From Armatimonadota bacterium (GTDB lineage: Bacteria > Armatimonadota > Fimbriimonadia > Fimbriimonadales > GBS-DC), in contig JBBIML010000012.1 of the NCBI GenBank assembly GCA_037444405.1, positions 1-64,000 on the forward strand: DNA of 64,000 nt, given 5' to 3'. Both the position numbers and the translations under genes were made by a program. Shown here one piece after another: positions 32,391-41,281 of this stretch. How positions within the stretch are numbered: position 1 is the first letter of the stretch; each line of letters opens with the position of its first letter. The notes under the pieces are model-generated. The model saw only the letters and a list, made by a program, of their open reading frames with translations. It had not been told where the DNA came from and ran no database searches.

Positions 32391-33437
32391 TTACGGGGGT
32401 ATGCCAGCCATCAGTTGCTGATGGAGCCGCTCGCGGATGCGGGACCGAATAGCGCGTGGCACGCGCATCAGCTGGATACCGCTGAGGTAGACGGGGCGCC
32501 CCGCTTCGGTCAGTGCCAGCGTGTGGCAGATGAAGCCCTCGCTGCGGAAGGCATAGGTCGCTTCTGGCTCCTGCCATTCGATGAGCAGGTGCAGGGGCGT
32601 GCCTTTGTTCAGTTCCACGGGCAGCTTGAGCGCGACGCCATGCGCGCTCAGATCGATCAGGGTGCCCTCCACCGTGCGCAGCAGGCGTCCCACTGCCGAC
32701 ACCACCACATGCCCGGTCGCGGGCAGGCGCGGCTCACGCCGTCGCTGGATGCGCCGAACCCGACCGGGACGCTTCAGCCGCCACCAGTCGCTGTCTTCCC
32801 TGTGTCGATGCTCAATCAGGCGTGCGCGGAAATGGTACAGGGCGTCCCTGCCCGTCAGCTCCACCTGCACCCAGGCGGGAATGGCACCTGTTTCGTGGGG
32901 CGTCTCAATCACGCACTCCAGCTCGTTGCCCGCGCGCACCTGACCCATCAAGCGTCGCCCCTCCAGCTGGAGCGTAACAAAACCTCCGACGGGCGGGATT
33001 TCCAGCCACGACGGGGGTATCGGCATCGGGGCAGGCATCTGCACCACTGCATGCGTCGACATCCCCCCATGGCGCTTCAACAGCAGGTGGCGAACAGTGG
33101 CGAGCAGAGTGTCGATATCGAAGGGCTTGAACAGCACCGCATCCACACCCTGCTGAACCGCCTGCTGTACCTCCGCATCCACCGCGTAGGCAGTGATTAA
33201 AATCACCGGTATCGCGGGGTCTATTTCGCGAGCTGTCTGCACAACGGCAGCGCCGCTGATGTCTGGCAACCGCACATCCTGAATCAGCAGGTCGTATCTG
33301 CGCATCTGCAGGCGTTCCAGCGCCTCCTGACCGGTGCGCACCACCTCGCACGGAAGTCCAATCAATCGGGCGGCATCCTCCATCACCCGCTGCAACAGCA
33401 CCTCGTCCTCCACCACCAGTATGCGAAACCCTTTCAT
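32391..33437 (-). CDS. Receiver domain + YcgR/PilZ c-di-GMP effector
   Basis: ILVVEDE, QDVRLPD, ITAY, KPFD; QRRREPR (RxxxR) and DLSAHG PilZ motifs. ATG 33437 follows GGGAGGAG. Confidence 0.82.
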   Translation of the reverse strand: MKGFRILVVEDEVLLQRVMEDAARLIGLPCEVVRTGQEALERLQMRRYDLLIQDVRLPDISGAAVVQTAREIDPAIPVILITAYAVDAEVQQAVQQGVDAVLFKPFDIDTLLATVRHLLLKRHGGMSTHAVVQMPAPMPIPPSWLEIPPVGGFVTLQLEGRRLMGQVRAGNELECVIETPHETGAIPAWVQVELTGRDALYHFRARLIEHRHREDSDWWRLKRPGRVRRIQRRREPRLPATGHVVVSAVGRLLRTVEGTLIDLSAHGVALKLPVELNKGTPLHLLIEWQEPEATYAFRSEGFICHTLALTEAGRPVYLSGIQLMRVPRAIRSRIRERLHQQLMAGIPP

Positions 33438-33678
33438 CGATGCTCCTCCCTGACCCGTGCGAATTGCGCTGTCGGAGAGTGCGGCAGTCGTCCGCACCTT
33501 CCTTCCATCCATAGTTAGCGCCATCAACAGGGGCGAGCAGTTCCGCAGGGGGCTGAACCGATGATCTCTCGCTCGCCTTTATAGAACTATACAGCAACTT
33601 CTGTGCCATAACCGTTTCTCCTGCTGTTTTTCGCGGCGAATCGTCAGGATTCTTTGAGAATCCGCTTGAAAGACATCT

Positions 33679-33746
33679 TGGATTGCTGAAGCCGTGCTTC
33701 AGCAGTCCAAAGTCATGGATTGCTGAAGCCGTGCTTCAGCAGTCCA
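33679..33746. repeat. Two identical 31-nt palindromes in tandem
   Basis: TGGATTGCTGAAGCCGTGCTTCAGCAGTCCA at 33679-33709 and 33716-33746. The second encodes the GT9 C-terminus GLLKHGFSNP. Confidence 0.85.
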
Positions 33747-34834
33747 GCGTTCTGCAGGATGGAGCGTAGGGTTTCGATCACGCGCTCGGGTCGGATGCTG
33801 AGCATGCACTGGTGGCGTGGGAGCAGGCAGTGGGCGTTGCGGAATCGGTTCTCGTAGCAGCGCGGGCACGGCTCTTCAGGCAGCATGAGAGCGAGGTTCG
33901 GCACGGGTGGCGTCCACACCCACCATGGGCTGGCGCCGAACAGGGCAATCGTGGGCGTGCCCACGCTGTAAGCCAGGTGCATGATGCCGTTGTCCACCGA
34001 GATGCACGCTTTTGCCCGTTGCAGCGCGCCTGCGACCTGGGGCAGGCTGAACCGCCCGCGCAGGTCGATGAGCGCGGTCTGTTCCAGTAGCCAGCTCTCG
34101 GTGTCGCCCGTGTGATAGACCGCGCTCTGGTGCTGGGGGCGGTCGCCAATCAGCCCTACGCTGACCCCTTCCGCCGTACACCAGTCGATCACCTGCTTCC
34201 AGTAGTCGCGGCTCCAGAGCTTGGCGGGGCGGCGACCGCCAGTGGCAATCAGCACATCGGGCACGGCACAGCCCGGCTCCGCCGTCGGCACCTCCGTGCG
34301 AAAGAAGTCGGTCTCCACAAAAGCGAGGCGACACCAGATTTCGCCGATGTAGGTGCTGGTGAGGATGTCGCCGTAGCGTTGCAGCAGGTCGGGCGCTGAC
34401 CAGAACTCATCATGCAGTTGATGCACCTTATCGGGGTGGCGGGGCACCTCCTCGCGCCAGTCGTGGCTGATGCAGCGCCCGACCACATAGCGCGGCTCCA
34501 GCAGACGCGCCACGAACGCCATCATGGGGTGAAAATCGCAGTTGATGACCAGATCGTAGTCGCCCGCCTGTTCGCGCCGCCCTTTAATGAAAGCGGGCAG
34601 TTCGCACAGGGCGTTCGGGTTGCCGAACACGGAGAAGCGAGCATCGATGTAGGGCAGTGCCTCTTCCAACTCGCGCGTGCGCTCCCCGCTGAAATAGTCC
34701 AGCGTGCAATCGGGGTACTTTTCCTTCAGCCCGCGCAGGAGCGGTGTGATAATCACGAAGTCGCCAATCGCGTCATAGAACAGCACGGCAATATGCGGTC
34801 GCTCGCGCAGCGGCTGATTGTTGAACCATTCCAT
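33713..34834 (-). CDS. Glycosyltransferase family 9 (heptosyltransferase-like)
   Basis: AIGDFVI.TP, K.W, ISVDNGIMHLA..VGTPTIALFG, PC..C...C....CM..I.PERV. Confidence 0.88.
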   Translation of the reverse strand: MEWFNNQPLRERPHIAVLFYDAIGDFVIITPLLRGLKEKYPDCTLDYFSGERTRELEEALPYIDARFSVFGNPNALCELPAFIKGRREQAGDYDLVINCDFHPMMAFVARLLEPRYVVGRCISHDWREEVPRHPDKVHQLHDEFWSAPDLLQRYGDILTSTYIGEIWCRLAFVETDFFRTEVPTAEPGCAVPDVLIATGGRRPAKLWSRDYWKQVIDWCTAEGVSVGLIGDRPQHQSAVYHTGDTESWLLEQTALIDLRGRFSLPQVAGALQRAKACISVDNGIMHLAYSVGTPTIALFGASPWWVWTPPVPNLALMLPEEPCPRCYENRFRNAHCLLPRHQCMLSIRPERVIETLRSILQNAGLLKHGFSNP

Positions 34835-34958
34835 CAGAGTGAGATTTTACCCATTCAACCGGGCTGTAGCCAGTGGTCCCGTGCCCGCTCCACCCGCGCG
34901 GACCGCAACGGACGCAGCCCCAAACGCAACGCGCCCCCACGACAGACCCGCCCCTGTG

Positions 34959-35034
34959 TTGCAATTTCGTTTCCGGAACACCGGAAATCGCATCGGGTGG
35001 ACTATACTGGGGATGAGGAGGTATTTGTCCAATG
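34959..35034 (+). promoter_or_regulatory. Promoter/RBS block shared with HAF gene at 37706
   Basis: TTGCAATTTC...AAATC..GGG.GGA.TATACTG..GAT..GGAGGTAT aligns without gaps to 37635-37703. Confidence 0.7.
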
Positions 35035-35353
35035 AAACATGACCTACGCCAATCTGCTCACGGACGGCTCGCACCTGACCAATGCAAACGCCATCAGCCC
35101 CGACGGGCGCTACATCGTGGGGAATGGCTACAACGCCGCCACAGGGCGTGACGAAGGGTATTTGCTGGACACCTGGCGCACGGGCGACACCAACGGCGAC
35201 GGCTGTATTGATGACGCTGACCTGCTAACGGTGCTGTTCGCCTTCGGCACGCCGGGCACAGGCTCCACGCGCCACGAGGACATCAACAGGGATGGCATCG
35301 TGGACGATGCCGACCTGCTGGAGGTGTTGTTCCACTTCGGCAGTGGATGTTAG
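35032..35353 (+). pseudogene. Internally deleted HAF-repeat/dockerin-tail gene
   Basis: SD and ATG at 35032 are joined out of frame to the last blade and tail (TYANLLT...LLDTWRTGDTNGDGC...FGSGC). Signal peptide and most blades are missing. Confidence 0.8.
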
Positions 35354-35356
35354 CGC

Positions 35357-35407
35357 CCTCACCCCCCTCTCCCCCGCCGGCGGGAGAGCGGGTACAGGTA
35401 AGGGGGC
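35357..35407. repeat. Intergenic CCCTCTCC..GGAGAG element
   Basis: CCCTCACCCCCCTCTCCCCCGCCGGCGGGAGAGCGGGTACAGGTAAGGGGG. Confidence 0.65.
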
Positions 35408-35479
35408 AAATCAGAACCTCAATCCCCACCATCGGGCGAAAAAGTGTGCTATAATAAGACTGGTATCGTCAAGAGAGGA

Positions 35480-36177
35480 CAGAATGGTCTCAATTTCGCC
35501 GAGACTGGGGCGGCGGATGCGCGCCTGTTTCTTGCCGCCGGGGGGAATGTGGGCATCGGAACGAGTAGTCCCAAAGAACGCCTGCACAATACCGGCGACT
35601 GCTACGGCCGAGGGCATCTCTGGCTGTATGCCTTCGAAAGCGATGGACAGAGCGGCACGGCTTATCTGCAGGCACGGGACGACTCCACGACTTCGAGCAT
35701 TACCCTGCGCTTGCGTACCAAGAATGGCAGTAGCCTGACCGACGCGATGCACATCACGCCAGCGGGTAATGTCGGCATCGGCACCAACAGCCCCACTGAA
35801 AGGCTGCATGTGTACGGCAACATTCGGGTTGCCGATCGACAGGCGAAATCGGCTGGGACAGCTCCAGCCGCCGCTATAAAGAGAACATCACCCCGCTGGA
35901 AGACGATTTCGCCAGAATCCTGCCTTTGCAGCCGAAGACCTACACTCGCATCGGCGGCGATCCCAACCGCTGGGAAATCGGCTACCTCGCGGAGGAGGTG
36001 CATGACCTGGGGCTGCATCGTCTGGTGGAGTACGACCTGCAGGGTCGCCCCGATGGGGTGAACTACGAGAAGATGGTGCTTTATCTCAACGAGGTCATCA
36101 AGCAGCAACAGGCGCGTATCGCCGCCCTGGAGCGACGCGTATCGGAGCTGGAAGCCCGCAAACCGAGCCAGCGGTAA
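35480..36177 (+). pseudogene. Fibre-like protein remnant with C-terminal peptidase S74 (intramolecular chaperone) domain, frameshifted
   Basis: Two GNVGIGT.SP.ERLH repeats. A frame change near 35835 leads to GEIGWDSSSRRYKENI..L....ARI..LQP..Y...GYLAEEV...VNYEKM...coiled coil. Confidence 0.8.
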
Positions 36178-36185
36178 ACACGCAC

Positions 36186-36222
36186 GGCACGGGCATCGGG
36201 TGCATCCACCGATGCCCGTGCC
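36186..36222. terminator. 14-bp hairpin between convergent genes
   Basis: GGCACGGGCATCGG-N9-CCGATGCCCGTGCC. Confidence 0.6.
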
Positions 36223-36267
36223 AGAACCAGCAAACGATGGAGGTGGATAGTGATTCGCGTTGTGCCT

Positions 36268-37575
36268 TCAGCTGCTATGGGTCTGCTGCAGACGTTCGAT
36301 GACGCGCAGTGTTCGCTGAATCATGTGCTGCCGCGCAATCTGCTCTGCCTGCACGAGTGCGGATCGCGCTTGCTCCCGATTGCCCAGCGCGCGGCAGATT
36401 TCGTACAGCACGATCAGGTAGGTTGCCTGCGTCGCCGGGAGCGGGTTCTCTGGGGGTTTCAGGATTTCCAGCGCCTGGTGGGGCTGCCCCACGCGGCACA
36501 GCACCAGCGCACGCGACACCCGCGCGTGCTGATGCTCCACAGTGCTGTCCGAGCGCTGAATCATCTGGAACCCCTGCTCGGAAGCGCAGAGGGCTTCATC
36601 ATACCGATGCGCCTCCGAATAAAACTCGGACATCTCGCGATAAAACCATGAGGCATGCTCCACCGAGTGGCTGATTTGCGGCAGCCAGTCCTGCAGGATC
36701 TCCGCCGATTCGAGCAGGTGCGCCGCGCCTCTGTGCGACTCCGCGTAGCTGTGAGCGATGGCTGTGATGAACCATGCGGCGCTGCGTGGGAAGCCGCGCT
36801 CGCGCTCCAGCAGGTGCAACCCGCGATAGCCATATCGCTCCGCGTCCTGAACGCGCCCGTGCAAGCTATGCCACTGGCAGCAGAGGGTATAGACCTCGCG
36901 CAGCAGTTCGGCGTGATGGGGGCACTGACGCACATGCCACCACGCCTGCGCCTCCAGCGCGAGCAGGCGCAGCTCCATCCCCTCCGTGACGCCCTGCCAG
37001 ATTAACTGCCGCATCTGATCGATGCGCATTTTCAGCATGGCGGCGGATGCGTGCGGCGTCTGGGCGTCTGGCGGCTCCAGCCAGAGCGGGCGCGTGAGAA
37101 TGAACGCGACCTCCTCCACGCTCGCCTGCAGCACATAGCACAGCATATGCAGGTGTTTCTCGGAAGGCAGGGTCTGCGAGCGTTCCCAGCTGCGCACGCT
37201 CCGCTCCGACACCGCCAGCGCAGTAGCGACCTGCGCGACGCTCCAGCCGCGTCGCCGACGCAACACCCCCAGCAAATCACCCAGCAAGGGGGGATACGGC
37301 TCGCCCGAGGGATGCGGCTGCTGCTGGGCGAGCTGCTGGAGTGTCCACAGGGCGCGCGGCGCGTTCAGCAGGCGCAACGCCTCCAATTTTTCCTCTGGTG
37401 AAACGTCCAGCGCCTGCAGCACCTGCTCCAGTTCGGGTATCGACGGACGGGTCAGTTCCCGCTCCCAGCGGTTCAGGGTGCTGGAGGACACACGGGCGCG
37501 CTGCGCCAGCGCGTGCTGCGAAAGCCCCCGTCGCTGCCGGGCTTGCCGAATCCACACCCCGATGGTCGGAACCAT
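36268..37575 (-). CDS. XRE regulator: two HTH_3 domains plus helical TPR-like C-terminus (paralog 1)
   Basis: RQRRGLSQHALA...STLNRWE; L.APRA linker; GDLLGVLRRRRGWS...SWERS...PS; helical repeats. Confidence 0.85.
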   Translation of the reverse strand: MVPTIGVWIRQARQRRGLSQHALAQRARVSSSTLNRWERELTRPSIPELEQVLQALDVSPEEKLEALRLLNAPRALWTLQQLAQQQPHPSGEPYPPLLGDLLGVLRRRRGWSVAQVATALAVSERSVRSWERSQTLPSEKHLHMLCYVLQASVEEVAFILTRPLWLEPPDAQTPHASAAMLKMRIDQMRQLIWQGVTEGMELRLLALEAQAWWHVRQCPHHAELLREVYTLCCQWHSLHGRVQDAERYGYRGLHLLERERGFPRSAAWFITAIAHSYAESHRGAAHLLESAEILQDWLPQISHSVEHASWFYREMSEFYSEAHRYDEALCASEQGFQMIQRSDSTVEHQHARVSRALVLCRVGQPHQALEILKPPENPLPATQATYLIVLYEICRALGNREQARSALVQAEQIARQHMIQRTLRVIERLQQTHSS

Positions 37576-37705
37576 TGACGCCCCCTGCTATTGTACCGCT
37601 TTGGCTGCTCTCTACACCATCCCACGGCGTCGTTTTGCAATTTCACTTCCAGCATACCCCAAATCACAGAGGGCGGATTATACTGATGATACGGAGGTAT
37701 GCGTC

Positions 37706-38959
37706 ATGCGAACGGTACGATGGATGTGGATGACAACTTTGGTCGCTCTGGCACTAAGCGGGATGCTCGGCGCAGGGAACCCGGTCCATGCCCAGAGCCT
37801 CGCCTGGCTGGGCACATTCGGCGGCAGTGAGAGCATGGCTTTTGGCGTCTCGGCGGACGGTGCGGTGGTCGTTGGCATGGCACGCAACACCAGCAATCGG
37901 ATGCGCGCCTTTCGCTGGACGCAAAACGATGGCTTGCAGGACCTCGGCACATTCGGCGGTAGTGAGGGTGCGGCTAATGGCGTTTCCGCGGACGGCGTGG
38001 TGGTCGTTGGCGGTGCAGCCGACGCCAGCGGTCGCTGGCGTGCCTTCCGCTGGACACAGGGTGGCGGCATGCAATCCCTCGGCACGCTCGGCGGCAGTGA
38101 GAGTGTAGCTTTCGGCGCTTCGACATACGGCAGTGTGATCGTCGGCTGGGCCTATAACGCCTACGGCTGGTTGCACGCCTTTCGCTGGGAGAATGGCGTG
38201 ATGCATGACCTCGGTACGCTAAGCAATTCTGAGGGCTGGTGGAGCGCAGCTTATGGCGTATCGGGAAGCGGGAGCGTGGTCGTTGGCGAGTCAGGCAGCT
38301 CCTCTCAGCGGCGCGCCTTTCGCTGGACGCAGAGCGGCGGGATGCAAAACCTCGGTGCATTCGGCGGCACTCAGAGCTTGGGTAATGGCGTCTCGGCGGA
38401 CGGGCGCGTGGTTGTCGGCGCAGCCCGCAACGCCAGCGGTCAGCTGCGCGCCTTTCGCTGGACGCAGAGCGGCGGCTTGCAGGACCTTGGCACACTCGGC
38501 GGCACTGAAGGCTGGGCTTCTGCAGCCTCAGCGGACGGGCATGAGGTCGCCGGTATGGCACGCAACGCCAGTGGTCAGTGGCGCGCCTTTCGCTGGACGC
38601 CGCCGGCAGGCATGGTAGACCTGAACCAGGCCTACGCCCATCTGCTCACCAACGGCTCGCGGCTTGAGGAGGCCTACGCCATCAGCACCGACGGGCGCTA
38701 CATTGCTGGCATTGGCTACAACGCGGCGACGAGGCGCCGGGAGGCGTATCTGCTGGATACTGCGCCCAGCTGCATCCCGCACAGTGGCGATGTGGACGAC
38801 AACGGCTGCGTGGACGACGCCGACCTGCTCGCGGTGCTATTTGCGTTTGGCAACAGCGGCTCCAATCTGGGGCGTGTGGATGCCAACTGCGACAACGCCG
38901 TGGACGATGCCGATATGTTGGTGGTACTGTTCAACTTTGGGCAGGGTTGCGACGGCTGA
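37706..38959 (+). CDS. Secreted HAF-repeat beta-propeller protein with dockerin-like tail
   Basis: Signal peptide VHA-Q; repeated VSADG.VVVG...RAFRWT..GG..LGT.GG; tail GDVDDNGCVDDADLL...FNFGQGC. Confidence 0.88.
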   Translation: MRTVRWMWMTTLVALALSGMLGAGNPVHAQSLAWLGTFGGSESMAFGVSADGAVVVGMARNTSNRMRAFRWTQNDGLQDLGTFGGSEGAANGVSADGVVVVGGAADASGRWRAFRWTQGGGMQSLGTLGGSESVAFGASTYGSVIVGWAYNAYGWLHAFRWENGVMHDLGTLSNSEGWWSAAYGVSGSGSVVVGESGSSSQRRAFRWTQSGGMQNLGAFGGTQSLGNGVSADGRVVVGAARNASGQLRAFRWTQSGGLQDLGTLGGTEGWASAASADGHEVAGMARNASGQWRAFRWTPPAGMVDLNQAYAHLLTNGSRLEEAYAISTDGRYIAGIGYNAATRRREAYLLDTAPSCIPHSGDVDDNGCVDDADLLAVLFAFGNSGSNLGRVDANCDNAVDDADMLVVLFNFGQGCDG

Positions 38960-39003
38960 GAGAAGACAATCGCCCCTTCACAAAGCAAGGACGGTGGAGA
39001 CAC

Positions 39004-40275
39004 ATGATGAAACAGATGAGATTCAGTTCGGGAAAATCGGCGCCGCAGAGATTGCAGGCGCGAGGAGGGCTGTTTGTGCTGGCGCTGAGCGGGATGCTCG
39101 GCGCAGGGAACCCGGTCTATGCGCAACGGCTCACCTGGCTCGGCGTGCTACCGGGTGGAAGCTTCAGCGGGGCGAACGGAGTCTCCGCCGATGGGACCGT
39201 GGTGGTCGGGAGAGCCGATATTGCCAGCGGCAGTTATCGCGCCTTTCACTGGACGCAAAGCGGCGGCATGCAGAACCTCGGCACACTCGGCGGCGACTAT
39301 AGCGATGCGTGGGGAGTCTCCGCTGACGGGCTCGTGGTCGTTGGCGAGGCAGACAACGGCGCTAATCTGTCACGCGCCTTTCGCTGGACGCAAAGCGGCG
39401 GCATGCAGGGTCTTGGCACGCTCGGCGGCAGTGCAAGCCGGGCATTTGGCGTCTCAGGCAACGGGGCTGTGGTGGTCGGTATGGCAACCAACGCCAGCGA
39501 CCGTTGGCGTGCTTTTCGCTGGACGCAAAGCGGCGGCATGCAGAACCTCGGCACGCTCGGCGGCGACTATAGCGCTGCCATTAATGTCTCTGCCGATGGC
39601 GCAACGGTGGTCGGCGAGGCAGACAACGCCAACGACTATACCCGTGCCTTCCGCTGGCGGCAAAGCGGGGGAATGCTCAATCTCGGTGTTTTCCAGGGCG
39701 GCGATTCCAGCACCGCTTATGGCGTCTCGTCCGATGGCAATGTCGTGGTGGGCGAGTCCTATAACTCCCAGCAGCGAACGCGCGCCTTTCGCTGGACCCA
39801 GAGCGGTGGCATGCGAGACCTCGGCACGCTGGGTGGCAGTGAGAGTGGGGCTGCAGGGGTTTCCGCTGACGGCACTATCGTGGTCGGTTGGGCGGATGAC
39901 GCCAGCAATACACAGAATGCCTTTCGCTGGACGCAAAGCGGCGGCATGCAGAACCTGAACACCCTCTACTCCGCCCTGCTAACGAATGGCTCGCGACTGA
40001 TCAACGCGAACGCCATCAGCCCCGACGGGCGCTACATCGTGGGGAATGGCTACAACGCCGCCACAGGGCGTGATGAAGCGTACCTGTTAGACACCCGTTG
40101 CACGCCACGCGACGGCGATGTGGACGGCGACGGCTGCGTGGATGACGCCGACCTGCTCGCGGTGCTGTTCGCCTTCGGCGCGACGGGCGTCAACCCCGCC
40201 GATGTGAACTGCGACGGCACCGTAGACGACGCCGACTTGCTAATCGTGTTGTTTAACTTCGGAAATGGGTGTTAG
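39004..40275 (+). CDS. Secreted HAF-repeat beta-propeller protein with dockerin-like tail
   Basis: Same architecture; shares the signal-peptide end ALSGMLGAGNPV(H/Y)AQ with the 37706 gene; ends FNFGNGC. Confidence 0.88.
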   Translation: MMKQMRFSSGKSAPQRLQARGGLFVLALSGMLGAGNPVYAQRLTWLGVLPGGSFSGANGVSADGTVVVGRADIASGSYRAFHWTQSGGMQNLGTLGGDYSDAWGVSADGLVVVGEADNGANLSRAFRWTQSGGMQGLGTLGGSASRAFGVSGNGAVVVGMATNASDRWRAFRWTQSGGMQNLGTLGGDYSAAINVSADGATVVGEADNANDYTRAFRWRQSGGMLNLGVFQGGDSSTAYGVSSDGNVVVGESYNSQQRTRAFRWTQSGGMRDLGTLGGSESGAAGVSADGTIVVGWADDASNTQNAFRWTQSGGMQNLNTLYSALLTNGSRLINANAISPDGRYIVGNGYNAATGRDEAYLLDTRCTPRDGDVDGDGCVDDADLLAVLFAFGATGVNPADVNCDGTVDDADLLIVLFNFGNGC

Positions 40276-40311
40276 CGCCCGTCTTCGCGCAGAACAGAAG
40301 GAGGTCTGACA

Positions 40312-40397
40312 ATGAAACGCATAATGCTCTAACAAGGTCATCAAGCAGCAACAGGCGCGTATCCGAGTTGGAAGTCCGCAAAACGAGCCAGCGGTAA
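40312..40397 (+). pseudogene. Collapsed remnant of S74-fibre gene (start joined to last codons)
   Basis: AAGGAGG + ATGAAACGCATAATG, then sequence nearly identical to 36088-36182 (GGTCATCAAGCAGCAACAGGCGCGTATC...CGAGCCAGCGGTAAACACGC). Confidence 0.75.
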
Positions 40398-40406
40398 ACA
40401 CGCTCA

Positions 40407-40441
40407 GCAGGGGCATCGGTAGATGCAGCCGATGCCCCTGC
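40407..40441. terminator. Hairpin homologous to 36186
   Basis: GCAGGGGCATCGG-N9-CCGATGCCCCTGC. Confidence 0.6.
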
Positions 40442-40475
40442 CAACACCCAAACAGCGATGGGGATGCTTCGCCCC

Positions 40476-40855
40476 TCAGCCGATAATCCCCTCTATCACG
40501 CGCCCGGCGACATCGGTCAGGCGGAAGTTGCGCCCCTGATACCAGTAGGTCAAGCGCGTGTGGTCAATCCCCATCAGGTGCAGGATGGTGGCGTGCAGGT
40601 CATGCACATGCACGGGGTTCTCCACGACCTGATAGCCGAGTTCGTCGGTAGCGCCGTAGGTGATGCCGGGCTTGACCCCGCCGCCTGCCATCCAGATGGT
40701 GAAGGCGCGCGGGTGGTCGCGTCCCAGAACAGAAACACCACCCGTTTCGCGCGTGGTTTGAAATGGGGCGGTTTCGGGGGCAAGTGGGTCCGAGGCAGCA
40801 AACAGTTTTTCATTCATCAGCGCGTTCAACACCAGCGCACCAAGTCCGTGCAGGG
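40476..40855 (-). pseudogene. DUF1501-family remnant (N- and C-termini joined, frameshifted)
   Basis: [15 protein letters not shown] / [16 protein letters not shown] in different frames, followed directly by [45 protein letters not shown]...FRLTDV.G. Confidence 0.8.
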
Positions 40856-40963
40856 CTGGTGGTGGGGACGCGTTCGCAGTTCGTGTTGGGGATGACGACG
40901 GGGTGGGGGTTGTATTCGGATGTCCACTGGTTGCCCTCGTTGCGTCGGCAAGCGCAGCGGTAT

Positions 40964-41134
40964 GTGCCGCGCGCGGGCGATGTGGACGGCAACGGCTGCG
41001 TGGATGACACCGACCTGCTCACGGTGTCGTTCGCCTTCGGCAGCGACAACCCTGACGCCGATGCGAACGGCGACGGACTCGTGGACGACGCCGACCTGCT
41101 AACGGTGCTGTTCAACTTCGGAAATGGGTGCTGA
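40964..41134 (+). repeat. Orphan dockerin-tail segment; 171-bp direct repeat of 48906-49076
   Basis: 6 mismatches in 171 nt by my alignment; no plausible gene start upstream. Confidence 0.85.
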
Positions 41135-41281
41135 AGTCTCCCATCTCGCATACAAAAGGGTGGGAAGCGAGGGCTTCCCATCTTTTTTATCAGGGGTGGC
41201 TCTGTTGCTTCTGGGAGCCTTTGCATGCTATAATTGTGTTCAGAATCGCTGGGGACATCTTTCAAAACAGAGAGGTGGAAC

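Noticed and set aside
33679..33746. Mini CRISPR array
   Set aside because: Only two units with a 6-nt spacer; a REP-like doublet.
35444..36177. Prophage
   Set aside because: Only an S74-fibre remnant; no integrase, terminase, capsid or other phage genes.
37800..39960. CRISPR-like periodic repeats (GCCTTTCGCTGGACGCA...)
   Set aside because: These are coding HAF blade repeats of about 130 nt period within ORFs; they are degenerate and no cas genes are present.
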